64,000 nt of DNA from Flavobacteriaceae bacterium (GTDB lineage: Bacteria > Bacteroidota > Bacteroidia > Flavobacteriales > Flavobacteriaceae), in assembly GCA_029243165.1 (NCBI GenBank), contig JAQWSN010000006.1, positions 46,083 through 110,082 of the forward strand, given 5' to 3'. The position numbers and the translations under genes are program-made. The notes beneath the pieces were generated by a model. That model did not search any database, had not been told where the DNA came from, and saw nothing but the letters and a program-made list of their open reading frames with translations. Below are positions 1-9,733 of this stretch, piece by piece. Each line of letters starts with the position of its first letter. Within the stretch, counting starts at the first letter, position 1.

Positions 1-2064
1 AACAATCACCGTCCCTCCTTGTTTTACGTATTCCCATAAAATTTTATTTTTAAAGGCTAAGTCTTTGTGTACATTAAAGGCTCGAATTCCTACTACTACT
101 GTCGGATAGGACTTTAAGCTTTCTAGGCGGAGTTCCTCTACATTAAATTCGGTTACTGCAATACCAATATTTCTTAAGCTCTGAGCGACTTTATCACCTG
201 CACCTTTTAAGTAGGCTATCTTTTTTACTTTAGTGTCAAAATCGATTTTCACCCCTTTAGATTCATTTGGAGCTACCAGATATTGTTTTGAAATATGAGG
301 GTATTCAATTTCTGTCAACTTCATAGTGTAATTTACTCCCTCCTTGTTTACACTAGAAAAAAATTGAGCTGTTGCATTTCCATCGGGTGGCGAAACTTCA
401 AAAATAAAATCGTCTGAGGCTCCCGCTTCTAATCGATTGATTTTTTGACTATTAGGAACTACTTTCCAACTTTCGGGAACGTGCAATTGCACGAGTCCAT
501 TTTGGATGGCAGCATGCGCTTGAACTTGAACTCGAATCTTTTTAGGAGCATTATTTTCAAACAAATAAATCTCGTTGCTCAATTGCGTGGTGAGTGTTGG
601 GAGTAATTGAAAATCTTCAACGACTTCTCCTACTACACGATCCGTAGTACGATAAGTTAAAGGTACACCAATAGGAAGGGTGGTTCCTTCAATAGTCAAA
701 TTAAATATTGCCTGAATTGGATTGGGTGTTTCTGGGAGGCCTTTTAAACTAACATCTGATACTTTGTAATTTCCCAATGTTCCTTTTTCCAAGAGCCAGT
801 AGGGTGTTGTGACTTTTTCGGGTAGGGTTAATGCGTGTGTTTTTTCCCACCTTTGATTAGTTTGCAAAGGCGTATTTGTTTTTAAAGTGACGGCCCCTTC
901 GATTTGATTTAGTGTGACTTGAATAGGGCTGGGATTGATTATTTTGAGTGAAGTATTTAACTTATTTCCAGCTACGCCAACGGGTACGCTACTGTTGAAT
1001 TGTAAACGTAAGCCAAGACAACTTTGAATGATATTGATGAGCTCTTTCGTTTTTATGTTTCTCCAGTGCTCATCTTTAACTGAACGAACCTCTTTGTAAA
1101 TTTCCAATAAAGCAGTGATGTTGTTGTAAGGTTTTTCATAGTCAAAATTGGAGAGGAGCTTTGCGGTTAGCTTTGCAAGGGTTGCTCCGTCAGAAATTCG
1201 ATTCCAGCTGGTATCTATTCCTGATAGAGGATCGTTCTGACTGGGTTTTTCTCCGTTAATCCATTCCAAATATTCCACTTGACTCCCTAGTTCAGGAGCA
1301 CTTCCAAACCCTTGGGATTTGTGTTGACTTCTACTTTTTGCTGCTACTTCTGCATTGGTTCTTCCCAATAAAAAGTCGGTTGGATTACTCTCCAATCGAA
1401 TCATATTGGATTTATCTGCTTTTTCGAACCGTTCACGGCTGCCGTAAGCCCACCAAGAGGTATTGTAAAATTCCCTTTTGGGTTGCCACAGGGAAACTTG
1501 GTCCAACTGTTCGGGGAAGGCCTTAGGATCATTTGCCAAACGAAAGGCTTCTTCACTTAGCATGGCGGAACTGGTATGGTGTCCATGGGTGCTGCCCGGT
1601 GTTCTGTGATCAAAACGGTGTATGATGATGTCCGGCTTAAACTGTCGAATTCTAAAAACAATTTGTGAAAGAATTTCTTCTTTATTCCAAATGTTTAGGG
1701 TTTCTTTTGGGTTTTTTGAGTAGCCGAAATCATTGGCTGTTGTAAAAAATTGTTGACCTCCATCTATTTTTCTTGCCTCCAAAAGCTCTTGAGTCCTGAT
1801 CAGACCCAAGCTTTCTCTTAATTCCGTACCAATCAGGTTTTGCCCCCCATCGCCTCGGGTCATGGAAAGATATGCCGTACGAGTGTTGTAGTGATTTGAA
1901 AAAAGAGAAATCAATCGGGTATTTTCATCATCGGGATGTGCTGCAACATACAAAACAGAACTTAGGGTATTGAATTTTTCAAGTTGTTTGTACAAATCCA
2001 CACTTGACTGTGAAAAGCTGAGTTGTATCCACAAAAAGAGAAATAAAATAAAGCGTTTTTTCAT
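1..2064 (-). CDS. PIG-L/LmbE-family deacetylase (large form), first 688 codons; C-terminus lies beyond window start
   Basis: Absent from the ORF track because it is truncated. My translation of the minus strand from ATG 2064..2062 gives MKKRFILFLFLWIQLSFSQ (signal-like), then VLYVAAHPDDENTRLIS and TRGDGGQNLIGTELRESLGL, the hallmark PIG-L motifs. The frame is open at positions 1-60 (..LAFKNKILWEYVKQGGTVIV). Confidence 0.8.
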   Translation of the reverse strand, partial: MKKRFILFLFLWIQLSFSQSSVDLYKQLEKFNTLSSVLYVAAHPDDENTRLISLFSNHYNTRTAYLSMTRGDGGQNLIGTELRESLGLIRTQELLEARKIDGGQQFFTTANDFGYSKNPKETLNIWNKEEILSQIVFRIRQFKPDIIIHRFDHRTPGSTHGHHTSSAMLSEEAFRLANDPKAFPEQLDQVSLWQPKREFYNTSWWAYGSRERFEKADKSNMIRLESNPTDFLLGRTNAEVAAKSRSQHKSQGFGSAPELGSQVEYLEWINGEKPSQNDPLSGIDTSWNRISDGATLAKLTAKLLSNFDYEKPYNNITALLEIYKEVRSVKDEHWRNIKTKELINIIQSCLGLRLQFNSSVPVGVAGNKLNTSLKIINPSPIQVTLNQIEGAVTLKTNTPLQTNQRWEKTHALTLPEKVTTPYWLLEKGTLGNYKVSDVSLKGLPETPNPIQAIFNLTIEGTTLPIGVPLTYRTTDRVVGEVVEDFQLLPTLTTQLSNEIYLFENNAPKKIRVQVQAHAAIQNGLVQLHVPESWKVVPNSQKINRLEAGASDDFIFEVSPPDGNATAQFFSSVNKEGVNYTMKLTEIEYPHISKQYLVAPNESKGVKIDFDTKVKKIAYLKGAGDKVAQSLRNIGIAVTEFNVEELRLESLKSYPTVVVGIRAFNVHKDLAFKNKILWEYVKQGGTVIV

Positions 2065-2069
2065 GTTTT

Positions 2070-2933
2070 TTAATTTAATCCCAGAGAGTCCCGAAAGCGT
2101 TCATCTCCTAAATGATTCAGTTTCCAATACGGTAATTTCAACGTCTTGACTCGATGGGCAGTAGTGGTTTTACTGGGGTCGTTTAAATCGATTTCCCTCC
2201 ATCCTAAGATTCGAAAAGGTTCTGTTTTTTCAAAATCAATAGAAAGTTTGCGATTTAAATCAGGATAATTTAAATGATAGGTTTGATACTGTCCTTCTGT
2301 TTCCAAAGTAGCAGTTGCTGAATAAAATTGAATGGGTTTATGATGCAATCTTAAAAATTCAAATGCGGGTAGAAGTTGCAATGTTCCTTGCGGGAGATTA
2401 GCAGGATTGGTTCTTATCTCATGCCAAAGCTCGTCCTCAGTGACTCCATTCCGTAGGTTTATTTTTTGATCTGCCTCTCCTTCAAAGTAGGAATGGCTTT
2501 CAATGTTTAAATTGTTTTTTTTATTGAGTTGAAGATAAGCTTGTCCACACCATTCCTGGATTGAGGTTGTAATTTTGGCTAGGGATTTTTTTTCCTCCAA
2601 ATAAGTAAAGGAACTATTCATGATGGAGTAGGGGTAGATTCCGGTAATGAAATTTTTAGTCCGATTTAATTTTAAAACTGTTTTTGATTGCTTTGATTTT
2701 TTGTTTGCCTTGACTTGCTCATTTCGTAAGAAATCTTCAGTAACATAAATTAATACGGCGCTTCCCTCTCGGGCTTCACCATAACGAGACTGTGTCAGTT
2801 TAAAGCTACTTATTTCAGCTGTTCCATCAAACCAATAGGTCTTAAACGAATCACTTAGGGTAAAATTTCCATTGTTATTAGGGGAATGGCAGCCTAAAAT
2901 CATTAGTACAGAACAGATGATAATGTGTTTCAT
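2070..2933 (-). CDS. hypothetical lipoprotein
   Basis: 287-aa ORF. N-terminus MKHIIICSVLMILGC has a lipobox (ILGC). No catalytic motif recognised. Lies 5 nt upstream of the PIG-L gene on the same strand. Confidence 0.6.
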   Translation of the reverse strand: MKHIIICSVLMILGCHSPNNNGNFTLSDSFKTYWFDGTAEISSFKLTQSRYGEAREGSAVLIYVTEDFLRNEQVKANKKSKQSKTVLKLNRTKNFITGIYPYSIMNSSFTYLEEKKSLAKITTSIQEWCGQAYLQLNKKNNLNIESHSYFEGEADQKINLRNGVTEDELWHEIRTNPANLPQGTLQLLPAFEFLRLHHKPIQFYSATATLETEGQYQTYHLNYPDLNRKLSIDFEKTEPFRILGWREIDLNDPSKTTTAHRVKTLKLPYWKLNHLGDERFRDSLGLN

Positions 2934-2958
2934 GTCTATGAAGGTATTGGATTTTTTA

Positions 2959-3549
2959 TTAGGATTTCAAATTCTTTAAAATTTCTTCAATTTTTCCCAG
3001 CACCTGTGCCACGGGTAGCCCAATGATGTTGGTGTAGCTTCCTTTAATACTATTGATATGGCACATTCCAAAAGAATCTTGAATGCCATATGCTCCTGCT
3101 TTGTCCATAGGTGAGCCAGTCGCAATGTAGTCCGTTATCGCTTTTTCACTCAGTGATTTAAAGCGGACTTCTGAAATGCAGTGCAAACTTTCCCATTTAT
3201 TTTTTTGTAAAAATCCTACGGCCGTAATGACCTGATGCGTGCTATCTGAAAGTTGGGAAAGCATCTGTTTGGCCTCGTGTTCATCAGCTGGTTTCCCTAA
3301 ACATTGGTTTTGATGCCAAACAATGGTATCAGCGGTAATGACCAATTGGTTATCCTCAATGCTAGATTCAAAGGCTTGAGCTTTAAGTTTGACAAGGTAT
3401 TCAACAATTGAAACACCAGAGAGAGCATTGGGGGATACCTCTTCCACAGGGATTACCTTTTGGGTAAAAGGGATTCCCATTTGTTCGAAGAAGGCTTTTC
3501 TTCTCGGAGATCCGGAGGCCAAAATGATTTGATAACCTTTGGTGTCCAT
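2959..3549 (-). CDS. maf: Maf-like nucleoside triphosphate pyrophosphatase (septum formation protein Maf)
   Basis: 196 aa with N-terminal ILASGSPRR and C-terminal DKAGAYGIQD motifs typical of Maf/YhdE. Confidence 0.9.
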   Translation of the reverse strand: MDTKGYQIILASGSPRRKAFFEQMGIPFTQKVIPVEEVSPNALSGVSIVEYLVKLKAQAFESSIEDNQLVITADTIVWHQNQCLGKPADEHEAKQMLSQLSDSTHQVITAVGFLQKNKWESLHCISEVRFKSLSEKAITDYIATGSPMDKAGAYGIQDSFGMCHINSIKGSYTNIIGLPVAQVLGKIEEILKNLKS

Positions 3550-3554
3550 AATTT

Positions 3555-4079
3555 TTAATCTTTACCTGCGCCAATATCTAGACTCCATTTTCCTTGAACT
3601 CTAAGGACTTGTTCAATGAGTTCCCGAACACACCCTTCTCCTCCTTTTTTGTGCGACACATAATTTGCAATTGCTTTAACGTCTGAGACTGCATCTGCAG
3701 GGCAGCATCCTAATCCTACCTTTTCCATAACGGGAATGTCAGGAACATCGTCTCCTATGTAAAGAATTTCCTCTGGATTGAGCTCGTAATTGTCAAGGAG
3801 GTCTTGGTAGGCTTCAAGCTTGTGATGTGCCCCAAGATAAATGTCAAAAATTCCAAGTTCCTCAAAGCGTTCGCGAACTGCTTCGTTACGTCCTCCAGTA
3901 ATGATGGCAACTTTGAATCCTTTGACTAAAGCGCATTTTATTGCATATCCATCTTTGGTGTCAAAAGAACGGAGCAGCTCTCCATCTGAATTAATTAAAA
4001 TTTTCCCGTCGGTCAGGACACCGTCAACATCAAAAATAAAAGTTTTGATTTGAGGTAAAAGCAGCTTATAATTTTTCAT
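3555..4079 (-). CDS. kdsC: HAD-IIIA phosphatase, KDO 8-phosphate phosphatase type
   Basis: 174 aa. HAD motif I FIFDVDGVLTDG, then DGYAIKCA..ITGG and motif IGDDVPDIPVM. Size and order match KdsC. Confidence 0.8.
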   Translation of the reverse strand: MKNYKLLLPQIKTFIFDVDGVLTDGKILINSDGELLRSFDTKDGYAIKCALVKGFKVAIITGGRNEAVRERFEELGIFDIYLGAHHKLEAYQDLLDNYELNPEEILYIGDDVPDIPVMEKVGLGCCPADAVSDVKAIANYVSHKKGGEGCVRELIEQVLRVQGKWSLDIGAGKD

Positions 4080-4824
4080 TCGAATGGTATGTCATTATTG
4101 TTTGTGATAAGAGGGAATAAATGCTCTTGAGTTCTTTGTTTTGAATTATTTTTGAATGGGCCTTTAAGGTTTCAGTGTCGTTGCGAAGTGCAGGTCCAGT
4201 TTGAGCTTCATAAGGGCTTAATTCATCTAATTTATTAATGGTTTCATGAATAAGAGGCTTGAGTAGATCAAAGGGGAGTTCGTTTTGACGACAAACTTGC
4301 GCAGCTTGAGTAAAGAGGTGATTTGTAAAATTATTGACTAAAACCGCAGCGAGATGAATTGCTTTACGTTGTTTAGAATCGAGATAAACTGTTTTCGCAT
4401 TCAGAGTTTTTACAAGCAGCTCCAAATGTTTTAAGTCATTTTTTTCAGAAGCTTCAATTCCTATGGGAAGTCCTGAAAAGTTTATTTTTCGTTCAGGGCT
4501 AAAACTTTGAATGGGGTAGAAAACTCCCCTTCTTTTATGACGGGATAGGGCTTCTATTTCGGTGCCACCAGAAGTGTGAATTACCAACGCATCTGTTGGA
4601 AGTTGTGAGGAGACGGAAGCTATGGATTCGTCATTTACTGCGATGAGGTAGCAGGCCGTTAGCCGAAGTTTTTGGGTAGCGTTGATTAATTCAATTCCTT
4701 CTGCAGTAATGGAAGTTGATGCCGAACGGCTCAACCATTGCGTCAGTTCAATCGAGGGATGTTTCACAAATTCGCGGTAGAGCTGTTTCCCAAGCTTACC
4801 CGCTCCGATTAATGTAAGTTTCAT
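4066..4824 (-). CDS. Rossmann-fold oxidoreductase-like protein (DUF2520-type C-terminus)
   Basis: 252 aa with N-terminal dinucleotide-binding LIGAGKLGKQL. Overlaps kdsC by 14 nt. Family assignment is from memory of similar Bacteroidota proteins. Confidence 0.55.
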   Translation of the reverse strand: MKLTLIGAGKLGKQLYREFVKHPSIELTQWLSRSASTSITAEGIELINATQKLRLTACYLIAVNDESIASVSSQLPTDALVIHTSGGTEIEALSRHKRRGVFYPIQSFSPERKINFSGLPIGIEASEKNDLKHLELLVKTLNAKTVYLDSKQRKAIHLAAVLVNNFTNHLFTQAAQVCRQNELPFDLLKPLIHETINKLDELSPYEAQTGPALRNDTETLKAHSKIIQNKELKSIYSLLSQTIMTYHSNEKL

Positions 4825-4972
4825 AGATTTTGAGTAAAAATAATAAAACCTCAGGGAGGAGTCTAAAATTTAAATCAATTTGTGTAGTGGAACATCTAAA
4901 TTTTGTGCTGTTTTATTTTTTCTAAATATTCAAAATTCATAGAGATTTTGAGATAATTTAGTTATTTTTAGG

Positions 4973-5275
4973 GTGCCTAATCTTACTGTTATGAAACTTT
5001 ACAAATCTATTGAAGAATTTTACCTAAGTCATTTTTATCTTGTTATCCCACTTGCTATTATTTTAATTGCCTGTGTGGGTTCTTTTGGTGCGTATTACAT
5101 TACAGTAAAAGGAATGACCGTTTTGAATTTCACCATGCTCTTTTTTTGTGTTGCTGGAGCGATGGCTTATTTGACTAGTATTTTGGGTCAATTAGCACGT
5201 AAAACAAGCTTTCAGATTTTCTTTTTCAGTTTCGTTTTAGAGGTTGTTTTATTGACAATCAATTTACTTTTTTAA
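4973..5275 (+). CDS. small hydrophobic membrane protein, unknown function
   Basis: 100-aa ORF (GTG at 4973; first ATG at 4991) with 3 predicted hydrophobic segments. Lies directly upstream of ccsBA. Confidence 0.4.
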   Translation: MPNLTVMKLYKSIEEFYLSHFYLVIPLAIILIACVGSFGAYYITVKGMTVLNFTMLFFCVAGAMAYLTSILGQLARKTSFQIFFFSFVLEVVLLTINLLF

Positions 5276-5287
5276 TCCAGGCATAAC

Positions 5288-5319
5288 TTGTTTTATTGGG
5301 TTGACAAGCTGTATATTTG
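5288..5319 (+). promoter_or_regulatory. candidate Bacteroidota sigma-A promoter (TTG ... TATATTTG) for ccsBA
   Basis: Exact TAnnTTTG match TATATTTG at 5312..5319, 12 nt before ATG 5331. TTG at 5288..5290 lies 21 nt upstream. Confidence 0.4.
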
Positions 5320-5330
5320 CAGCCTGAAAG

Positions 5331-8300
5331 ATGCCGTTTTTGATGAAAGATCGCCTAAGTAATTTCCTGTTTTCTACCCGCTTAACCGCCTTGTTATTCT
5401 TACTTTATCCCACAGCCATGGCATTTGGGACCTTCATAGAGACTTGGTACAGTACCGATACCGCAAAAATCTGGATTTACAATGCTTGGTGGTTTGAATT
5501 GCTTATGTCTTTGATGGCGATCAATTTTATTGGAAATATTTTTAAATATCGACTGCTTAGAAAAGAAAAATGGGCTGTATTGGCATTACACTTATCCTTT
5601 CTTCTCATCTTATTGGGTGCCTTTGTAACACGTTATTTTGGTTATGAAGGAGTCATGCCTATTCGAGAAGGTGTAACAGAAAATCAATTTCTTTCTGAAA
5701 AAACGTATCTCACTGTATTTGTTGATGGTGAAATTGATGGAACTCCAAGAAGAAAAAAATTAGAAGGAGATTTACTTCTTTCCGAACATGTGAATAACGA
5801 TTTTAGTTGGGAAAATAATTTCAATAATCAACCTTTTACGATTCGTTACATCGATTTTATGGAAAACGCTACGGAAGGTCTGGTTTTGGACGAAACCGGC
5901 GAGCGTTACCTCAAAATAGTTGAGGCGGGCGATGGGAACCGACACGATCATTATCTCAAAGAAGGAGAAATTGTAAACATCCATAACATACTTTTTTCCC
6001 TTAACAAAAAGCAGGAGGGTGCGATCAATATTAGGTTTAAAGAAGGTTTGTACACCATAGAATCACCATTTTCAGGCCAGTTTATGAGAATGGCAGATCA
6101 GTTTCAAGGAAGTTTAGAAGCTGATAAGGAAGTACCCTTGCAATTGCGTTCTTTGTACACCCTTCCTAATTTTCAGTTTGTAATTCCAGAGCCTGCTCTG
6201 AGAGGAAAGTTCGACATTGTAAAAGCAGATAACCAAGGAGAATCGGTTCAAAATGCCTTGCGCTTGGAAGTTACTTCTGGAGGTGAAAAAGAAACCCTTA
6301 CGCTCTTGGGTGGTAAAGGAGTAATCAATGATCCAAAAGAATTACGTGTAGGAGGATTGGATTTTTATTTACAATTTGGTTCTTTACCCATCGAATTACC
6401 TTTTGCTATTCGATTGAATGATTTTATTGCGGAAAAATATCCAGGTACAGAAAGTAGTTACGCTTCTTTTATGAGTAGAATTACAGTAGAAGATGACACC
6501 CCATTTGATTTTGATATTTACATGAATCATGTTTTAGATCATAAGGGCTATCGATTTTTTCAAGCTTCTTTTAATCCTGACGAAAAAGGGACAATTTTGT
6601 CTGTAAATCATGATTGGTGGGGTACTTGGCTGACTTACACAGGTTATTTCTTATTGTATTTGAGTATGATTGGTATTTTCTTTATTGGCAAAACTCGTTT
6701 TAAAGACCTTTCTCGTAGTTTGGACAAAATCAACTTAAAGAAAAGCTCTATGATCAGCTTGCTTTTGTTTTTTACCCTTGGAACAGTAACTAGTTTTGCT
6801 CAGGATCATGTTCATAATTCACAAGCTGTTTTGGATTTTGATTCAATTATCAAAGCAGATGCTTTTTCGTTGGATCACGCAGAAAAGTTTGGTACACTCA
6901 TTATTCAAGATGCGGGAGGGCGAATGAAACCTGCGAATACTTTTTCATCAGAATTGCTTCGAAAAGTTAGTAAATCTGATACTTACAATGGGCTTAATTC
7001 GGATCAAGTTTTGTTGTCTATTATGAACAATCCTGCCATTTGGTACAATGTACCCATGATTTATCTTAAGAGAGGAAACGACAGTCTAAGAAAAATTACA
7101 GGTTTGGGAACCAAAGAGAAGTATGCGCCTTTGATTTCCTTTTTTGATGCGGAAGGCAACTACAAAATAGGACCTCAGTTAGAAAAAGCCTATCGTGCTA
7201 GTGTTCCGAATCAGTTTCAAAAAGATTTCATAGAAGTTGACAAACGTGTCAATCTTTTGTATTCCGCTTTGGAAGGGAAAATCATGCGGATTTTTCCAAT
7301 TCCCAATGATTTGAACAACAAATGGGTTTCTTTTCCAGAGCTAAACGAAGCTAATTTCAAAGGGCAAGATTCGCTTTATGTCAAAAATATTTTACCCCTT
7401 TATTTTCAATCCCTACGTTTAGCAAAACAAGACAACGATTACAGTCAATCAGACAATTTATTGGAAAGCATCACAGGATTTCAGAAAAAATTTGGTAGTG
7501 AGGTGTTGCCCTCTGAGGAAAAAATTAAAGCAGAAATGCTTTACAACAAATACGATATTTTCAAAAAGCTCTTTAGTTGGTATCTCTATGCGGGGATTCT
7601 GTTTTTTATGACCCTTATTATTCAAATTTTTAAATCGAACAAATTCATTTCGTTTTTGGTAAGTGGATTTAAGATTATTCTTTTATTGCTTTTTCTTCTC
7701 CATACGGGAGGTTTGGCAGCAAGATGGTTTATTTCAGGTCATGCTCCGTGGAGTGATGCCTATGAATCCATGATTTACGTGGCTTGGTCCACTCAGTTTT
7801 TTGGGTTGATTTTTGGCCGAAAATCAGCACTTACGATGGCTTCTACTGCATTTGTAGCGGGAATGATTTTGATGATCGCCCATTGGAATTGGATGGATCC
7901 TGCCATCGCTAATTTGCAACCTGTGTTGGACAGTTATTGGCTGATGATCCATGTAGCCGTAATTGTAGGGAGTTATGGTCCTTTTGCCATAGGGATGATT
8001 ATTGGCGCAGTAACACTCCTACTGATGATACTAGCTCCTAACACTAAAGACAAGAAAAAAATTAAACTTCAGATCAAAGAATTGACCATCATTAATGAAC
8101 TTACTTTAACCGTTGGCTTAATTATGTTTACCATTGGGAATTTCTTAGGAGGTATGTGGGCCAATGAGAGTTGGGGACGGTATTGGGGATGGGATCCGAA
8201 AGAAACTTGGGCTTTGATCAGTATTATGGTTTATGCTTTTGTCATTCACATGCGTTTGATCCCCGGTCTTAGAGGACCATGGATTTTTAATCTCATGAGT

Positions 8301-8480
8301 GTTGTTGCCTTCGCCAGTATTTTAATGACTTATTTTGGTGTTAATTTTTATTTGGTAGGATTACACTCTTATGCCAGTGGCGATAAAATCATCACACCAG
8401 ACTTTGTTTACTATTCAATTGTAATTGTTTTCTTACTGGGATTGGCTTCCTATTTTAGATCCAAAAAATTAGAAGCATAA
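5331..8480 (+). CDS. ccsBA: fused cytochrome c biogenesis protein CcsB(ResB)-CcsA (system II synthetase)
   Basis: 1049 aa. ResB-like membrane N-terminus with a large periplasmic domain. The C-terminal polytopic part carries the Trp-rich haem-handling motif WGRYWGWDPKETWA. Confidence 0.85.
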   Translation: MPFLMKDRLSNFLFSTRLTALLFLLYPTAMAFGTFIETWYSTDTAKIWIYNAWWFELLMSLMAINFIGNIFKYRLLRKEKWAVLALHLSFLLILLGAFVTRYFGYEGVMPIREGVTENQFLSEKTYLTVFVDGEIDGTPRRKKLEGDLLLSEHVNNDFSWENNFNNQPFTIRYIDFMENATEGLVLDETGERYLKIVEAGDGNRHDHYLKEGEIVNIHNILFSLNKKQEGAINIRFKEGLYTIESPFSGQFMRMADQFQGSLEADKEVPLQLRSLYTLPNFQFVIPEPALRGKFDIVKADNQGESVQNALRLEVTSGGEKETLTLLGGKGVINDPKELRVGGLDFYLQFGSLPIELPFAIRLNDFIAEKYPGTESSYASFMSRITVEDDTPFDFDIYMNHVLDHKGYRFFQASFNPDEKGTILSVNHDWWGTWLTYTGYFLLYLSMIGIFFIGKTRFKDLSRSLDKINLKKSSMISLLLFFTLGTVTSFAQDHVHNSQAVLDFDSIIKADAFSLDHAEKFGTLIIQDAGGRMKPANTFSSELLRKVSKSDTYNGLNSDQVLLSIMNNPAIWYNVPMIYLKRGNDSLRKITGLGTKEKYAPLISFFDAEGNYKIGPQLEKAYRASVPNQFQKDFIEVDKRVNLLYSALEGKIMRIFPIPNDLNNKWVSFPELNEANFKGQDSLYVKNILPLYFQSLRLAKQDNDYSQSDNLLESITGFQKKFGSEVLPSEEKIKAEMLYNKYDIFKKLFSWYLYAGILFFMTLIIQIFKSNKFISFLVSGFKIILLLLFLLHTGGLAARWFISGHAPWSDAYESMIYVAWSTQFFGLIFGRKSALTMASTAFVAGMILMIAHWNWMDPAIANLQPVLDSYWLMIHVAVIVGSYGPFAIGMIIGAVTLLLMILAPNTKDKKKIKLQIKELTIINELTLTVGLIMFTIGNFLGGMWANESWGRYWGWDPKETWALISIMVYAFVIHMRLIPGLRGPWIFNLMSVVAFASILMTYFGVNFYLVGLHSYASGDKIITPDFVYYSIVIVFLLGLASYFRSKKLEA

Positions 8481-8535
8481 ACGTTCTAGATTGGCATAAT
8501 AATTGGTCTAGGTTTTTAAAAAACCCCATGATCCT

Positions 8536-8979
8536 ATGAAATATTCATACATTGCTTGGGTGCTTGTCGCGTTTAATTCCCTCACTTCTTGTGTTAAAAA
8601 TACCCTTATTCAAACAGAAGAAGAATTAAGCGTTGAAGCCCAAAAATGGAAATCTTTCGGATTTTCGGATTACGATTACACTCTTGAAATCATTTGTTTT
8701 TGCCCGATAGAGTACACTAAGCCCAAACGAATTTCCGTACGTAATAATAAAGTTGTCTCAATATCGAATAACACCGAAGACGTGTTTACTGATACTTCCT
8801 TTATGACCATCGATGGTTTTTTTGAATTCATTGAGGATCAGCGAAAACAGAATCCGGTAGTTGAAAAAATTGAATACGATCCAGAATACGGATTTCCAAC
8901 GTACATTTACTTTGATATCAGCGAAATGATTGCTGATGAGGAAATAGGGTACATTTTAACGAACTTTGTTTCGTATTAA
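8536..8979 (+). CDS. hypothetical lipoprotein
   Basis: 147 aa. Signal peptide plus lipobox (LTSC). No known motif recognised. Confidence 0.5.
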   Translation: MKYSYIAWVLVAFNSLTSCVKNTLIQTEEELSVEAQKWKSFGFSDYDYTLEIICFCPIEYTKPKRISVRNNKVVSISNNTEDVFTDTSFMTIDGFFEFIEDQRKQNPVVEKIEYDPEYGFPTYIYFDISEMIADEEIGYILTNFVSY

Positions 8980-8990
8980 ACGGCTTTACT

Positions 8991-9218
8991 ATGACAATTA
9001 TGGAACGAAAAAAAATTAAATTTCGCTGGTTATTTTTTTCAATAAGTGGAATGATGCTTTTGGGTCTAGGACTTTCTTTACTTGGAGAAGCGATCATATT
9101 TAAATCTCAAAAAGATTTTAACTGGTTTTACTGGGGTACAGCTGCATTAGCAACCTTTAACGCAGGGATAGGGCTTATTGGTGAAGCCATAGTGATGAAA
9201 ATAAAACTCGAAGGTTAA
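8991..9218 (+). CDS. small two-TM membrane protein
   Basis: 75 aa with two hydrophobic helices (FFSISGMMLLGLGLSLLG, ATFNAGIGLIGEAIV). Confidence 0.4.
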   Translation: MTIMERKKIKFRWLFFSISGMMLLGLGLSLLGEAIIFKSQKDFNWFYWGTAALATFNAGIGLIGEAIVMKIKLEG

Positions 9219-9221
9219 AAC

Positions 9222-9647
9222 TTATTTTGACTTAAAAGAAGCGATAAATTCTTCTTCGTCACTTCCTTTTTGAATTTCGATAAAAGATCTAGAAATGATG
9301 CTTTCAGCCTCTTCATGAGGAAACCCAAGCCCAACAACCAAACGATTCATCAGTTGTTTTTCCGCTTCTTCGGCAATTTTATCCGCAAAAACCATTCGTG
9401 CTAAATCAAATAGTCTTTCTAAACGGCGTTGTTCTGTATGGGGAGGATTGATGGGGTAGTTATCGATATTGGCTTTGATGGTCGCAACTTCATCATCTTC
9501 TATTTCTAGGTTGATTGCCGTTCGGCTAATGAAAGCTTCTTCTTCTTCGGAAATGACTCCGTCTGAAAGTGCTACTCTTACAATAGCAGCAAAGTGGTCT
9601 CTGTTTCGTTGTTTAAATCCAGAAGAGTACAAATTTGAAAAGGACAT
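9222..9647 (-). CDS. TerB-like (tellurite-resistance TerB family) protein
   Basis: 141 aa. Acidic helical protein with VALSDGVISEEEEAFI, resembling TerB-type repeats. Weak, memory-based call. Confidence 0.4.
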   Translation of the reverse strand: MSFSNLYSSGFKQRNRDHFAAIVRVALSDGVISEEEEAFISRTAINLEIEDDEVATIKANIDNYPINPPHTEQRRLERLFDLARMVFADKIAEEAEKQLMNRLVVGLGFPHEEAESIISRSFIEIQKGSDEEEFIASFKSK

Positions 9648-9733
9648 ATTTTTAAAATTTTCTCAAAGATAAAAAATGGAATCGGCAAAGGGTTTTATTT
9701 TTGATTGTAATTTTAATCAAAATTTAATTTGAA

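Noticed and set aside
1338-1526. 62-aa plus-strand ORF near the window start
   Set aside because: It is antisense to the long open PIG-L deacetylase frame and has no supporting features.
5331-8480. Very large fused ResB-CcsA protein considered as a novelty
   Set aside because: Fused CcsBA synthetases are an established architecture (Helicobacter, Bacteroidota). The W-rich motif and domain order are canonical.
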